Source: Thermoanaerobaculia bacterium
GTDB lineage: Bacteria > Acidobacteriota > Thermoanaerobaculia > Multivoradales > UBA5704
Length of the DNA stretch: 64,000 nt
Assembly: GCA_044226625.1 (NCBI GenBank)
Contig: JBGAGQ010000010.1
Coordinates: 1 to 64,000 of the forward strand
Direction: 5' to 3'
The position numbers and the translations under genes were made by a program. Every line of letters begins with the position of its first letter. Position 1 is the first letter of the stretch. The notes beneath the pieces were generated by a model. The model had not been told where the DNA came from, did no database searches, and was given only the letters and a program-made list of their open reading frames with translations. Of this stretch, positions 37,399-46,037 are shown one piece after another.

Positions 37399-39360
37399 TC
37401 AGGCCACCACGGCCATCGGGCGTTCCGTCGCATCCTGAGCCGAGATGCGTGCCTCGACCTCTTCGCGATCCTCGGCTTGCGGACGAAGATCAAGATAGGT
37501 CACGAGGTCTCGGCTGGCGTCCTGGATCCGTCCGAGATCGGTTAAGAGGACCGCCCGATTCTGGTACAACTCGGCCTCGGTCGGCGCGATCTCGATCGCG
37601 CGATCGAGGTCTTCTAGGCTTTCCTGGAGCCGACCGAGCTCATAGAGGAGAACCGCTCGACCCGCGCGAGCCTGCCACAGGAGCGGATCGAGCTCGAGGG
37701 CCCGACTGTAATCGCGAATCGCATCTTCGATCTCGCCGAGAGTTTCTCTCGCCTGGGCACGGCCGAGCCACACTTTCTCCTGAATCGGCAGGAGGTCGAG
37801 GCTTCGAGAGTAGGCCTCCTTGGCCTCCGCCATTCGTCCGGTCAGCCTCAAACATTGACCGAGATTCGACCAGACCTCGTGGTAGGGCGGGCTCAATTCG
37901 ATCGCCTGGCGATAGTCGCGTTCCGCTTCCGCGTACCGCTCGAGCTTGAGGAAGACGTTACCGCGCTCGTTGTAGTACTCGGAATAGTTGGGGTCCATCC
38001 GCATCGCGGCTGAGAACCGGTCGATGGACTGTTCGTAGGCACCGAGCTGGGCGTACACCTGCGCCATGTTATAGAGGAGAACCGAGCGATGGAGTCGGTG
38101 CTGCTCGGGGCTCAAGTGTCGCTCGAGCAGCTCAAGGCCCTTCTGACAAAGCTCAAGCGCTTCGGCCTGCCGTCCTTGGAAGTTGCGGATCATCGCCAAG
38201 CCGTTGCGATTGAAAACGTATTGGAACCAATGCTCGTGCTCGGGAAGGCCCGATCGCTCCAGGTATTCGAGGCCTCGTTCCAGGAGTTGCTCACCCTGCA
38301 CCAAGTCGCGCTCCGGCATGTACCGGGCGAAGAGCATGGCCATCAGGTAGCACAGCCGGATCCTCATTGGGGCCTCTTGCGGATCACCGTGATCGGTGAG
38401 GACGTCCTCTTCAGCCAATCGATACGCGGCACCGACGTCGCCGGTCCCGAGGTAGGACATGAAGAGCTTGAAGAAAAGCCCCCAATGGATCGCCAGAGGA
38501 ATCTGAACTTGGCCGGAGCGCACTCGCGCTCGAATCGGTTCCCCATAGCGCAGGGCATCATGGTAGAGCCCAAGCGTGTTGTAGGTGTGGAGCGCGTGGT
38601 ACTTCCACATCAGGACCTTCTCTTGGTTCTCCGCGAGCTCCCACAGGCCCATCAGCTCGGCCAACCGCTCGGTGCTCGCGAGGGCATCCGGTGAAATCTC
38701 AGATTCGATCGCGAGAGCTCGACGAGACGCTTCGTCCTGAGCGAAAGCGACCCCTCGAGCGATCGACGGCAGAAGCGAGAACGGAAGCTCCTCGCGGGGG
38801 CATTCGAACCCATCGGCGTCAGGACGCTCCCCAGGAGAAGGAGCCAGGAGCACGGAGATCGCGGCTTGCGCTCCGCGGCGGCGCATCAGCTCGCGGAAGA
38901 ATCCACGAGCCAAGAACCCCCCGCGCTCGAAGTCGAGGCAGACCAGAAGGCAGGGCTCCCGCTTGAGTGCAATTCGAAACGCCGAGAGCAGATCGATCAG
39001 CCCATGTACGATTCGCAGCGCACGATCGGCTGGATAGTTCCGAACCCGTTCATCCGCGGATGCGATGTCGGTCAGATTCATCCTGCAGGGGCCGATCCGG
39101 TCTCGCGCTTCCGGAAGGACATGCACGAGCTCATAGCCATGCCGCTCGAGGAGGTGAGGTGTCCGCGAGCGCATCTCATCGAAAATCCCGCCGAAAAGAT
39201 CCCGCACTCCGGCCCACGGGCCTCCTTCGTCGAAATTACAGCGGAGAACCGTGACCTCCGGGCTCGGAACCAAGACGCCCGGCAGTTCTTCGAGGGAGAT
39301 GGCCGGTACGTCCGTTCGAGCGGTGGGTGTCAATAGCGTTCCCGGCCTGTACGTGATCAT
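37399..39360 (-). CDS. TPR-repeat protein with an N-terminal degenerate NTPase-like domain
   Basis: Many TPRs (LYNMAQVY, DPNYSEYYNERGNV, PPYHEVWSNLGQC, LYQNRAV); ATG 39360 overlaps the upstream TGA (ATGA). Confidence 0.88.
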   Translation of the reverse strand: MITYRPGTLLTPTARTDVPAISLEELPGVLVPSPEVTVLRCNFDEGGPWAGVRDLFGGIFDEMRSRTPHLLERHGYELVHVLPEARDRIGPCRMNLTDIASADERVRNYPADRALRIVHGLIDLLSAFRIALKREPCLLVCLDFERGGFLARGFFRELMRRRGAQAAISVLLAPSPGERPDADGFECPREELPFSLLPSIARGVAFAQDEASRRALAIESEISPDALASTERLAELMGLWELAENQEKVLMWKYHALHTYNTLGLYHDALRYGEPIRARVRSGQVQIPLAIHWGLFFKLFMSYLGTGDVGAAYRLAEEDVLTDHGDPQEAPMRIRLCYLMAMLFARYMPERDLVQGEQLLERGLEYLERSGLPEHEHWFQYVFNRNGLAMIRNFQGRQAEALELCQKGLELLERHLSPEQHRLHRSVLLYNMAQVYAQLGAYEQSIDRFSAAMRMDPNYSEYYNERGNVFLKLERYAEAERDYRQAIELSPPYHEVWSNLGQCLRLTGRMAEAKEAYSRSLDLLPIQEKVWLGRAQARETLGEIEDAIRDYSRALELDPLLWQARAGRAVLLYELGRLQESLEDLDRAIEIAPTEAELYQNRAVLLTDLGRIQDASRDLVTYLDLRPQAEDREEVEARISAQDATERPMAVVA

Positions 39361-40592
39361 GCGGTTCTCCCTTTGATCAGGCTTCTCACCCAGAGGCCGA
39401 GCCCGAGCGCTAGCGGCGCGAGATTGACAACGCCGACAAGTAACGAGTCCGCGACCCGATACGCACCGATTGAGCTTGCGGCCAGCGTCGCCCGCAAGGC
39501 GCCTGCGATGTAGCTGAAAAGGACCGGAAGGGTGACGAGAAACAAAGCCGCCAAGGCCAATCCCCGCCCGGCCAGCCAGAGGAAGGAAAAAGTGGAGATC
39601 ACCGTTCGCTCGCGGGCCGGAATATGGGACTGATCGATGAGTGGCTTCAAGCGCAAGAGGCGCCGAAATTGATTCCGGACGAAGTTCTCGGTATCGCTCA
39701 TTAGGTTCTTGCAGCCGAAGTAGTTCGTCAGCACGAAATAGAAGTCGGTGCGGACGAAGAAGAAGCACTGGAAGAGAATTCTGAATAGACAGAGAAACAG
39801 CGTCGCGCGAGCCACTTCGACGAGATTCGGTGAGAGGGCGATCTGTCCGAGCGAACCTGCGAAGAGCAATAGGACGATCAGGGAGCCAAAGAAGGCATCG
39901 AAAATAGGTCCCGCCAACATCGGTAGATAGCGCTGGTTCTTGGGTTGGGCCCAAAGCCCTGTCATGTCCGTCTCCGCCACGAGGACCCAGAGTCGATTGC
40001 TGATGCCGAACCGAGATTTGACTCCTACCGCTCGTGCCGCAAGAAGGTGGCAGAACTCGTGGGCGAACAATGAGGCGTAGGAGATCAGCACGACGATCAG
40101 CACTTTCGCGGTCTTGTCCTCGGCGAACAGCAAACTACTCTTGCCCGGTATGAGATCCGGATTACGCAAAAAGAGATACAAGGCCCAGCCAATCGTCCCC
40201 AAGTACAAGCTCAACGCGATCGGGCCCCAGAAGATTCGCGCCACCGACTGCGGAATCGTCGCGAAGTGATACCGGATCGGCTTTGGAGTTGCGGGGAGAA
40301 GAGTGGCGGCCGGAGCCGTTTCGGTCACGCCCGCGGCGGGGCGGACCAGCCCTTTCGATTCCAAGACGGTCAAGAGGTCTGCCAGCGCGGGGCGAAGACC
40401 ATGGCGCCGCTCGTACTCGGCCTCGACCTCGCCGACGCTTCGCCCTCCTGCCAAGCGATCGAGCAGCTCTACCGCCTCGACGGGGAGGGCGACGAACGTT
40501 CCGGTATCCGGACGTCCAATGACGACCTCGTCACCGTCCGGCTGTCGGGTAAAGGGATAGATCTGGACGAGGTCCGCCTGGAGGTATCCCAT
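39357..40592 (-). CDS. RRE/PqqD-like winged-helix domain fused to an M50 (site-2) intramembrane metalloprotease
   Basis: N-terminal 3-strand/3-helix pattern (VVIGRPDTGTFVAL...LLTVLESKGLV); TM FAHEFCH, LAGPIFD, FFVRTDFY; start 40592 with purine-rich RBS. Confidence 0.85.
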   Translation of the reverse strand: MGYLQADLVQIYPFTRQPDGDEVVIGRPDTGTFVALPVEAVELLDRLAGGRSVGEVEAEYERRHGLRPALADLLTVLESKGLVRPAAGVTETAPAATLLPATPKPIRYHFATIPQSVARIFWGPIALSLYLGTIGWALYLFLRNPDLIPGKSSLLFAEDKTAKVLIVVLISYASLFAHEFCHLLAARAVGVKSRFGISNRLWVLVAETDMTGLWAQPKNQRYLPMLAGPIFDAFFGSLIVLLLFAGSLGQIALSPNLVEVARATLFLCLFRILFQCFFFVRTDFYFVLTNYFGCKNLMSDTENFVRNQFRRLLRLKPLIDQSHIPARERTVISTFSFLWLAGRGLALAALFLVTLPVLFSYIAGALRATLAASSIGAYRVADSLLVGVVNLAPLALGLGLWVRSLIKGRTA

Positions 40593-40614
40593 CCTCTTCC
40601 CCTTGGCTTGCTGG

Positions 40615-41541
40615 CTACTTCTCGACCACGGATTGTGCGACGAGGAGCATCTCGACGTCTCGAGCGAGATCGGCCGCGTTGAAGCGATCCGACTCCGGAA
40701 CTGCCTTGGGTCCTCGACTGGAAACGAGCCGTACGAGATCCGAGGGCGGAGGAGCTTCGCTCCAGTGCTTGCCGCGCGAGAAAACAAAGCAAGGGAATGT
40801 GCCGGCATCCTTACCGATTTCGTTCAGGTTCGAGCGGAAGAGGTCTCCGATCCTGCGATCGAGGGTCCAAAACTGAAGTACGCGACCGTCTCGGGCCAGA
40901 TTGGCTGCCGGCTGGATCGCCCCTTCGATCGCGGAGTCGAAAGCCTGGCTTGAAGTTTCCCAGAGAACGTAAAGGCGGAGATCCGGATCGGCGTTTCGAT
41001 CGAGAACGTAACGCTCGATCAGACTCAGCATGACCTTGGAGGCGAAAGACGAGGGAGAGAGGATCACAAGCAATCGCCGCCGATCGGTGTCTGAGTTGAA
41101 GGCGCTCTTCAGCTCTTCGCCTCCTGGCGACAACTTACGAAGCGTCGGTGCATTGTCCTTACGAGCGCCGAGGACCTCCCGCTCCAGCGTGAACACGAAG
41201 GAGCTCTTACCCTCTAACATCTCGCCCGCGATCTTGTTCCCATCCGAGGAGACCTGGCCCCGAAACGACGAGGTGACACCGCTCTCATCACGCACGCTGA
41301 ACGATACCTCGGAGCCCTTCATCGCAAAATTCTCAATCGCATACCACGCCGGACCGCTGATCGGAAAATTGAGACGCCCGGTGGTCTCTCCCTGTTCGGT
41401 GATTCGAAGCTCGACCGAGACGTCCGCCTCGAGCACGGCAGGCGACATGACCAGCTCACCACGCCAGGAACCTTCCAAGCACTTGCCTTGAGAGGCAGTC
41501 ACCATGAAGAGCATAGATAGAATCCGTAACTTGATCTTCAT
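40615..41541 (-). CDS. Secreted two-domain protein; C-terminal thioredoxin-like fold lacking CxxC
   Basis: Signal peptide; GSWRGEL beta-rich domain; LKSAFNSD...LLVILSPSSFAS...LYVLW...QFW; GGAGG RBS. Confidence 0.7.
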   Translation of the reverse strand: MKIKLRILSMLFMVTASQGKCLEGSWRGELVMSPAVLEADVSVELRITEQGETTGRLNFPISGPAWYAIENFAMKGSEVSFSVRDESGVTSSFRGQVSSDGNKIAGEMLEGKSSFVFTLEREVLGARKDNAPTLRKLSPGGEELKSAFNSDTDRRRLLVILSPSSFASKVMLSLIERYVLDRNADPDLRLYVLWETSSQAFDSAIEGAIQPAANLARDGRVLQFWTLDRRIGDLFRSNLNEIGKDAGTFPCFVFSRGKHWSEAPPPSDLVRLVSSRGPKAVPESDRFNAADLARDVEMLLVAQSVVEK

Positions 41542-41583
41542 CCCGACCTCCGTTCACCCAAGGGCAAGTGCCGTACTGAGAGG

Positions 41584-41605
41584 CCGCCGGACCGTGGTCC
41601 GGCGG
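41584..41605 (-). promoter_or_regulatory. GC-rich stem-loop after the peptide gene (mRNA stabiliser or partial terminator)
   Basis: CCGCCGGAC-CGTG-GTCCGGCGG inverted repeat, no U-tract. Confidence 0.6.
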
Positions 41606-41624
41606 TGATCGACGTTTGGTCCTG

Positions 41625-41771
41625 CTAGCTCGCGTCCGGAGAGCAGCAGGTCAACCAGTTGCAGGAGAGGGTTTGATTGGTCCAGTCAAGGTTCTGGCAG
41701 CAACAGTCGCAGCCGTAGAAGGCCGCCGTGGTCTTGAGGGTCTCGACTTCGCGAACGACGAATCGCTTCAT
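41625..41771 (-). CDS. 48-aa Cys-rich precursor-like peptide MKRFVVREVETLKTTAAFYGCDCCCQNLDWTNQTLSCNWLTCCSPDAS
   Basis: Translated by hand; very strong SD AAAGGAGGTGA 6 nt before the ATG; GC-ending codons; downstream hairpin; below the ORF-track size cutoff. Confidence 0.88.
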   Translation of the reverse strand: MKRFVVREVETLKTTAAFYGCDCCCQNLDWTNQTLSCNWLTCCSPDAS

Positions 41772-41981
41772 GTTCTGTCACCTCCTTTCCTTAAAGGATT
41801 TCAAAGTGCGCAGCTCCGCCGGCTGGCGCGATCTAACGATTACGCGCCTTGGCGTTTCGCGCGGGTAAGACGCGGATACTTGTCTGCTGCTCTTGAGCCT
41901 GGAACGTACAGTAAGGGAGGTCAGATGCTGTTGGGTTGACTCAAGCTCTTGACGAAATCTCTTGCTATCTCTTCTTGGGGA

Positions 41982-42425
41982 TCAGCCGTTGGGGTTGGCG
42001 ATTCGCCCGCGGTGCTCCGAGGGAGCAACTCCAAAGCGACGATGAAAGGCCCGGCAAAACGTTTCTTGATGCTCATATCCAACGACGAGTGCAATCAGGT
42101 AGATGTCGATATCGCAACGTTCGAGGAGATGCCTTGCCGCCTCGAGTCGCAATTGCTCGATGTACTCTCGGATGCCGAGTCCTACGAATGTGCGAAATCG
42201 GGTCGAAATATTGTTGTTGCGGAGGCGACAGTCTCGCTTGACCGCGTTGACGTTCAAGGAGGGCTCGAATGGGCGACCGTGAATCAGGTCGAGAACCGCG
42301 GCGACTTCGCGGGGGAAGCTCTGCGAGAGGATCTGGTTCTGGGCGAACGCAAGGCGTAGCTCGCTCTCGATCCGCTCATAGTCGATGCCGAAGCGAGCTT
42401 TTCGTGCCGCACCGTCGAGCCGCAT
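41982..42425 (-). CDS. Stand-alone AraC-family HTH regulator (start uncertain)
   Basis: YIEQLRLEAARHLL...IYLIALVVGY...TFCRAFHRRFGVAPSEHR. Confidence 0.85.
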   Translation of the reverse strand: MRLDGAARKARFGIDYERIESELRLAFAQNQILSQSFPREVAAVLDLIHGRPFEPSLNVNAVKRDCRLRNNNISTRFRTFVGLGIREYIEQLRLEAARHLLERCDIDIYLIALVVGYEHQETFCRAFHRRFGVAPSEHRGRIANPNG

Positions 42426-42546
42426 TCAACCCCCAGTTCGATCCAGTCGCGGGAGGCGCCCACAGGTCAAAGTGCGTTACAGCACGTTTTCGTGACAACG
42501 GCCCGAAAAATATACCGCGATCATGAAACTTTGATGCACCAGGCCA

Positions 42547-44634
42547 TCAATCGACGGGTCTGCCGAATAGCGTCTCCCGTTCGAGCAACGGCCGGGTGAT
42601 CGCGTCCGCCCGGTCCCAAGCGCGGCGGACGTGCTCGCGGAGATCGGGCTCACGCAGAAGAGCGGAAACCTCGGCTCTTTTGAACAGCGCCATCGGTAGA
42701 TCGGGGTGGCGCGCGGGAAGACGGGCGATCGCGCGATCGAGGGCGTCGCGTGCGTCGGCGAAACGCCGGGCATCCATGGAGCAGACCCCTATCGCGAGAT
42801 CCTCGGCGAATCGATCCCCCAGGATTTCGCGAGAGCGCTCGAACGCCAGGAGCGCACCGGCGGTGTCGCCCATGGCCATCTTGAGCGTACCCAGACGCGA
42901 AAGCTCCGCGCCCGGCGCCCCTTTCTTTTCGATCACCCGCTCGAGCAGGCGAGCGGCTTCCGGAACGTTTCCTTCCCGCTCACGGATCGCGGCGAGCCCT
43001 TCGAGCGCGGCGAGGCGGTCGGGATCGGCCGCGAGCACGCTCTCGAGCAGCGGCGCCGCCTCTGTGTCATGGCCGAAGCGGAGGAGGTGGAGTCCCTCGT
43101 AGGCGCGCAGGTCGAGAGAATCGGGCCGTAGGCGCCGGGCCGCGGCGAACTGCTCGGCGGCCTTCGATTCCTTTCCGAGGATCGACCAGGCGACCGCGAG
43201 GCGAAGGCGCGCGGTCTGATTGTTCGGGTCTTTTGCCGCCACGCGGGTGAGCGGCTCGATCGCCCCGGCGTAATCCTCGCGGACGAAGCGCGCGGAGCCG
43301 AGGTCGAGGTCCCGAAAGAGATCGGTCCGGTCTTTGGGGCTCGGCGCGTCGGGCCGAACCTCCGCGGGTGCCTCGCTTCCGGCGACGTAGCCGAGGCTCG
43401 CGAGGCGCTTCCGATCCTCATCGGAGAGGTTCGCGTCGGAGGCCGACGGCGAGGTGGGAAGCTTCGCGAGATAGGCCGACAACGCGGCGGCCGCTTCGCG
43501 ATTCGGCTCGGTCCGCCCCGCGAGATTCGTCGACTCACGCGGATCGGCTGCGAGGTCGTAGATCTCTGTCGCGCCCGAGCGGATCAGCTTGAGCTTGCCC
43601 TCGACCGCCATCGCCTGGGGCTGCCAGCCGTAGTCGAGGAACGGCATCATCGCCTCGCCAAGCACGATCTCCGGTCGAGGCGCGGCAGGCGCGGCGAGGC
43701 CCGCGTCCGTCCGCCCAAGCCCGGCGAAGGCGAGGATCGTGTCGAAGACTCTTCGGGTGGAGACCGGCTCGTCGCGCGCGCCCGGTGCAAGGCCCTCGCT
43801 CGCCGCGATCACTAGCGGCACGCGCATCGTCCCCTGGTAGAGCAAGTGGCCATGGAACGCCTCGCCGTGCTCGCCGCGCCCTTCGCCATGATCGCCGACG
43901 ACGATCGCGCGCCAGCCGGTCGGTGCCGCGCTCTTCTCGAGCTCGGTGAGCAAACGGCCGAGCTGCTCGTCCATCGCGGCGATCTCACCCAGGTAGGGAT
44001 CCTTGGCGTAGCGCGAGCGGTACGGCTCGGGCGGCTCGTACGGATCGTGCGGGTCGTAATAGTGGACCCAGAGAAAGACCGGCGAGCCGGCGGCCGGCGC
44101 GTTCGACCGAAGGAAGGCGAGCGCGCGATCCGTGGTGGCCGCGGCGGGACGCTCGGCCTTTCCGGCGCCGAAATCGTCGTCGTAGGTCTCGAAGCCCGCG
44201 CCGAGCCCGAAAGCACGCGCGAGCGGGAATCCGGAGACGAACGCCGCCGTGCGATAGCCAGCCTTCGCGAGCCGCGCGGCGAGCGGCTCGCGATCGGCAG
44301 GAACGGCGAGCGAGCGTCCGTTTTCGCGCACGCCGTGCTCGTTCGGATAGAGCCCGGAGAGCATCGAGCCGTGGGACGGGAAGGTCTGCGGCGCCGTCGC
44401 GTAGGCCTGGAAGAAACGGAGCCCTCGCGCGGCGAGCGCGTCGAGGTTCGGCGTCGTGGGAGCCTTCGATTCGTAGCCCACGGCGTCGGCGCGCGTGGTG
44501 TCGAGCGTCACGAGCAGGATCGACGGTGCCGGCTTCCCGGCGCCTTCTGCGCCCGCGCCGGATTCCTCGCCCTTGGAGCAGCCGAGCGGCACCCAGACAA
44601 CGACCGGAAGAAGAATGGCGGCGAGGAGTTTCAT
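42547..44634 (-). CDS. Sulfatase-like (alkaline phosphatase superfamily) lipoprotein with C-terminal TPRs
   Basis: LVTLDTTRAD, TPNLDALA, WVHYYDPHDPY, GDHGEG; lipobox-like PLGC; TPR tail. Confidence 0.88.
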   Translation of the reverse strand: MKLLAAILLPVVVWVPLGCSKGEESGAGAEGAGKPAPSILLVTLDTTRADAVGYESKAPTTPNLDALAARGLRFFQAYATAPQTFPSHGSMLSGLYPNEHGVRENGRSLAVPADREPLAARLAKAGYRTAAFVSGFPLARAFGLGAGFETYDDDFGAGKAERPAAATTDRALAFLRSNAPAAGSPVFLWVHYYDPHDPYEPPEPYRSRYAKDPYLGEIAAMDEQLGRLLTELEKSAAPTGWRAIVVGDHGEGRGEHGEAFHGHLLYQGTMRVPLVIAASEGLAPGARDEPVSTRRVFDTILAFAGLGRTDAGLAAPAAPRPEIVLGEAMMPFLDYGWQPQAMAVEGKLKLIRSGATEIYDLAADPRESTNLAGRTEPNREAAAALSAYLAKLPTSPSASDANLSDEDRKRLASLGYVAGSEAPAEVRPDAPSPKDRTDLFRDLDLGSARFVREDYAGAIEPLTRVAAKDPNNQTARLRLAVAWSILGKESKAAEQFAAARRLRPDSLDLRAYEGLHLLRFGHDTEAAPLLESVLAADPDRLAALEGLAAIREREGNVPEAARLLERVIEKKGAPGAELSRLGTLKMAMGDTAGALLAFERSREILGDRFAEDLAIGVCSMDARRFADARDALDRAIARLPARHPDLPMALFKRAEVSALLREPDLREHVRRAWDRADAITRPLLERETLFGRPVD

Positions 44635-44719
44635 GCGCGGGTCGAGCCGCGCCGGAGTATACGGCCCGGCAGCCGGCGCTAGAATCTCGCGCGAACCGCC
44701 CCCCAAGGAGCCGAGCACC

Positions 44720-45814
44720 ATGCCGAGCCAGCTGAGCCGCCGCGATCTCGCCGGATTTCTCGCCGCCCTTCCTCTCGCCGGTCTCGCTCCGCGCGTCGCC
44801 GCGGCGGCCGAGAAGGAAGCGCGGAAACCGGTGTCGAAACCGGCCCCGGATGCGAAAGGCCCGAAGCCGATCCTCAAGCCGGCGAAGCTCTCGCCCGGCG
44901 ACACGGTGGGGATGATCCTTCCGGCGACGCTCGAGTTCACTCCGAGCCTGATCGACCTGGGCAAAGAGCAGCTGGAGGCCCTCGGCTTCAAGGTGAAGAT
45001 CGGCGCACACGCCCGCGACCGTTACGGCTCGTTCGCCGGGACCGACGCGAACCGCGCCGCCGACGTCAACGGGATGTTCGCCGATCCGGAGGTGAAGGGG
45101 ATCTTCTGTTACGCCGGAGGGTGGGGGACGCCGCGCCTCCTTCCACTTCTCGATTTCGAGCTGATCCGGAAGAACCCGAAGGTGCTGGTCGGCTACAGCG
45201 ACATCACGGCGCTCTTGAACGCGATCCGGCAGGAGACCGGGCTCGTCACCTTCCACGGCCCGGTCGCGGCCTCCAATCTGCGCCCCTACTCGGTCGACAA
45301 CCTTCGACGCGCCGTGATGTCCACCGAGCCGCTCGGCCTCCTCGAAAACCCGCCCAAGGAGGACGACGAGCTGGTCGCTCGCACGTTCCGCCTGCGGAAG
45401 ATCCGCGGCGGCAGGGCGCGCGGCCGACTGGTCGGCGGCAACCTCACGCTGTTTTCCGCGCTCCAGGGGACGCCCTGGCAGATCGACACCCGGGGCGCGA
45501 TCGTCTTGCTCGAGGACATCCACGAGGCGCCCTATCGGGTCGATCGGATGCTCACCCAAATCGCCCAGGGAGGGGCTTTCGAGCACGCCGCGGCGGTCGT
45601 CTTCGGCTACTGCACCGAGTGCGATGCGGATGGCCCCGTTTCGTTCAACATCGAGGAGATCCTCGACGACCACCTCGCCGGCCTCGGGATCCCCGTTCTC
45701 TCCGGCCTCGCCTTCGGCCACTTGCCGAAGATGCTCACCCTACCGCTCGGCCTCGAGGCGGATCTCGACGTCGACGCCGGGACGATCTCGATCGCCGAGG
45801 CGGCGGTGGTTTGA
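44720..45814 (+). CDS. S66 LD-carboxypeptidase with a Tat signal
   Basis: SRRDL Tat motif, GYSDITAL, FHGP, GGNL, LLEDI...RVDRML, FGH; AAGGAG RBS. Confidence 0.92.
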   Translation: MPSQLSRRDLAGFLAALPLAGLAPRVAAAAEKEARKPVSKPAPDAKGPKPILKPAKLSPGDTVGMILPATLEFTPSLIDLGKEQLEALGFKVKIGAHARDRYGSFAGTDANRAADVNGMFADPEVKGIFCYAGGWGTPRLLPLLDFELIRKNPKVLVGYSDITALLNAIRQETGLVTFHGPVAASNLRPYSVDNLRRAVMSTEPLGLLENPPKEDDELVARTFRLRKIRGGRARGRLVGGNLTLFSALQGTPWQIDTRGAIVLLEDIHEAPYRVDRMLTQIAQGGAFEHAAAVVFGYCTECDADGPVSFNIEEILDDHLAGLGIPVLSGLAFGHLPKMLTLPLGLEADLDVDAGTISIAEAAVV

Positions 45815-46037
45815 GGCAGTAGGCCCTTCGGCCGGCCGGGGATCGGGACCCCCACGCCGGCCGCGCGGCATGGTATCTTCCGCAGAGCATTTCTCAGGTC
45901 ATTTCTCGCGCAGCCGGCAGGCGAAGCTTGCCGCCCAGGTTGGCCCCCCGCCCCGGATTAAAGTCGTCTGGCTCGCGGCGGACCGCCGCGGCATCGGGCT
46001 CCATTTGCGGTTTTCGCGCGAATAGGGGGTCTCTCCG

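Noticed and set aside
41616-41939. Plus-strand 107-aa ORF over the peptide gene
   Set aside because: No RBS or motif; the minus-strand 48-aa ORF has a near-perfect SD and matches the cluster orientation
37399-42425. Assignment to lanthipeptide, ranthipeptide/sactipeptide or daptide classes
   Set aside because: No LanB/C/M, radical SAM or daptide oxidase/aminotransferase/methyltransferase genes are recognisable, and the peptide does not end in Thr
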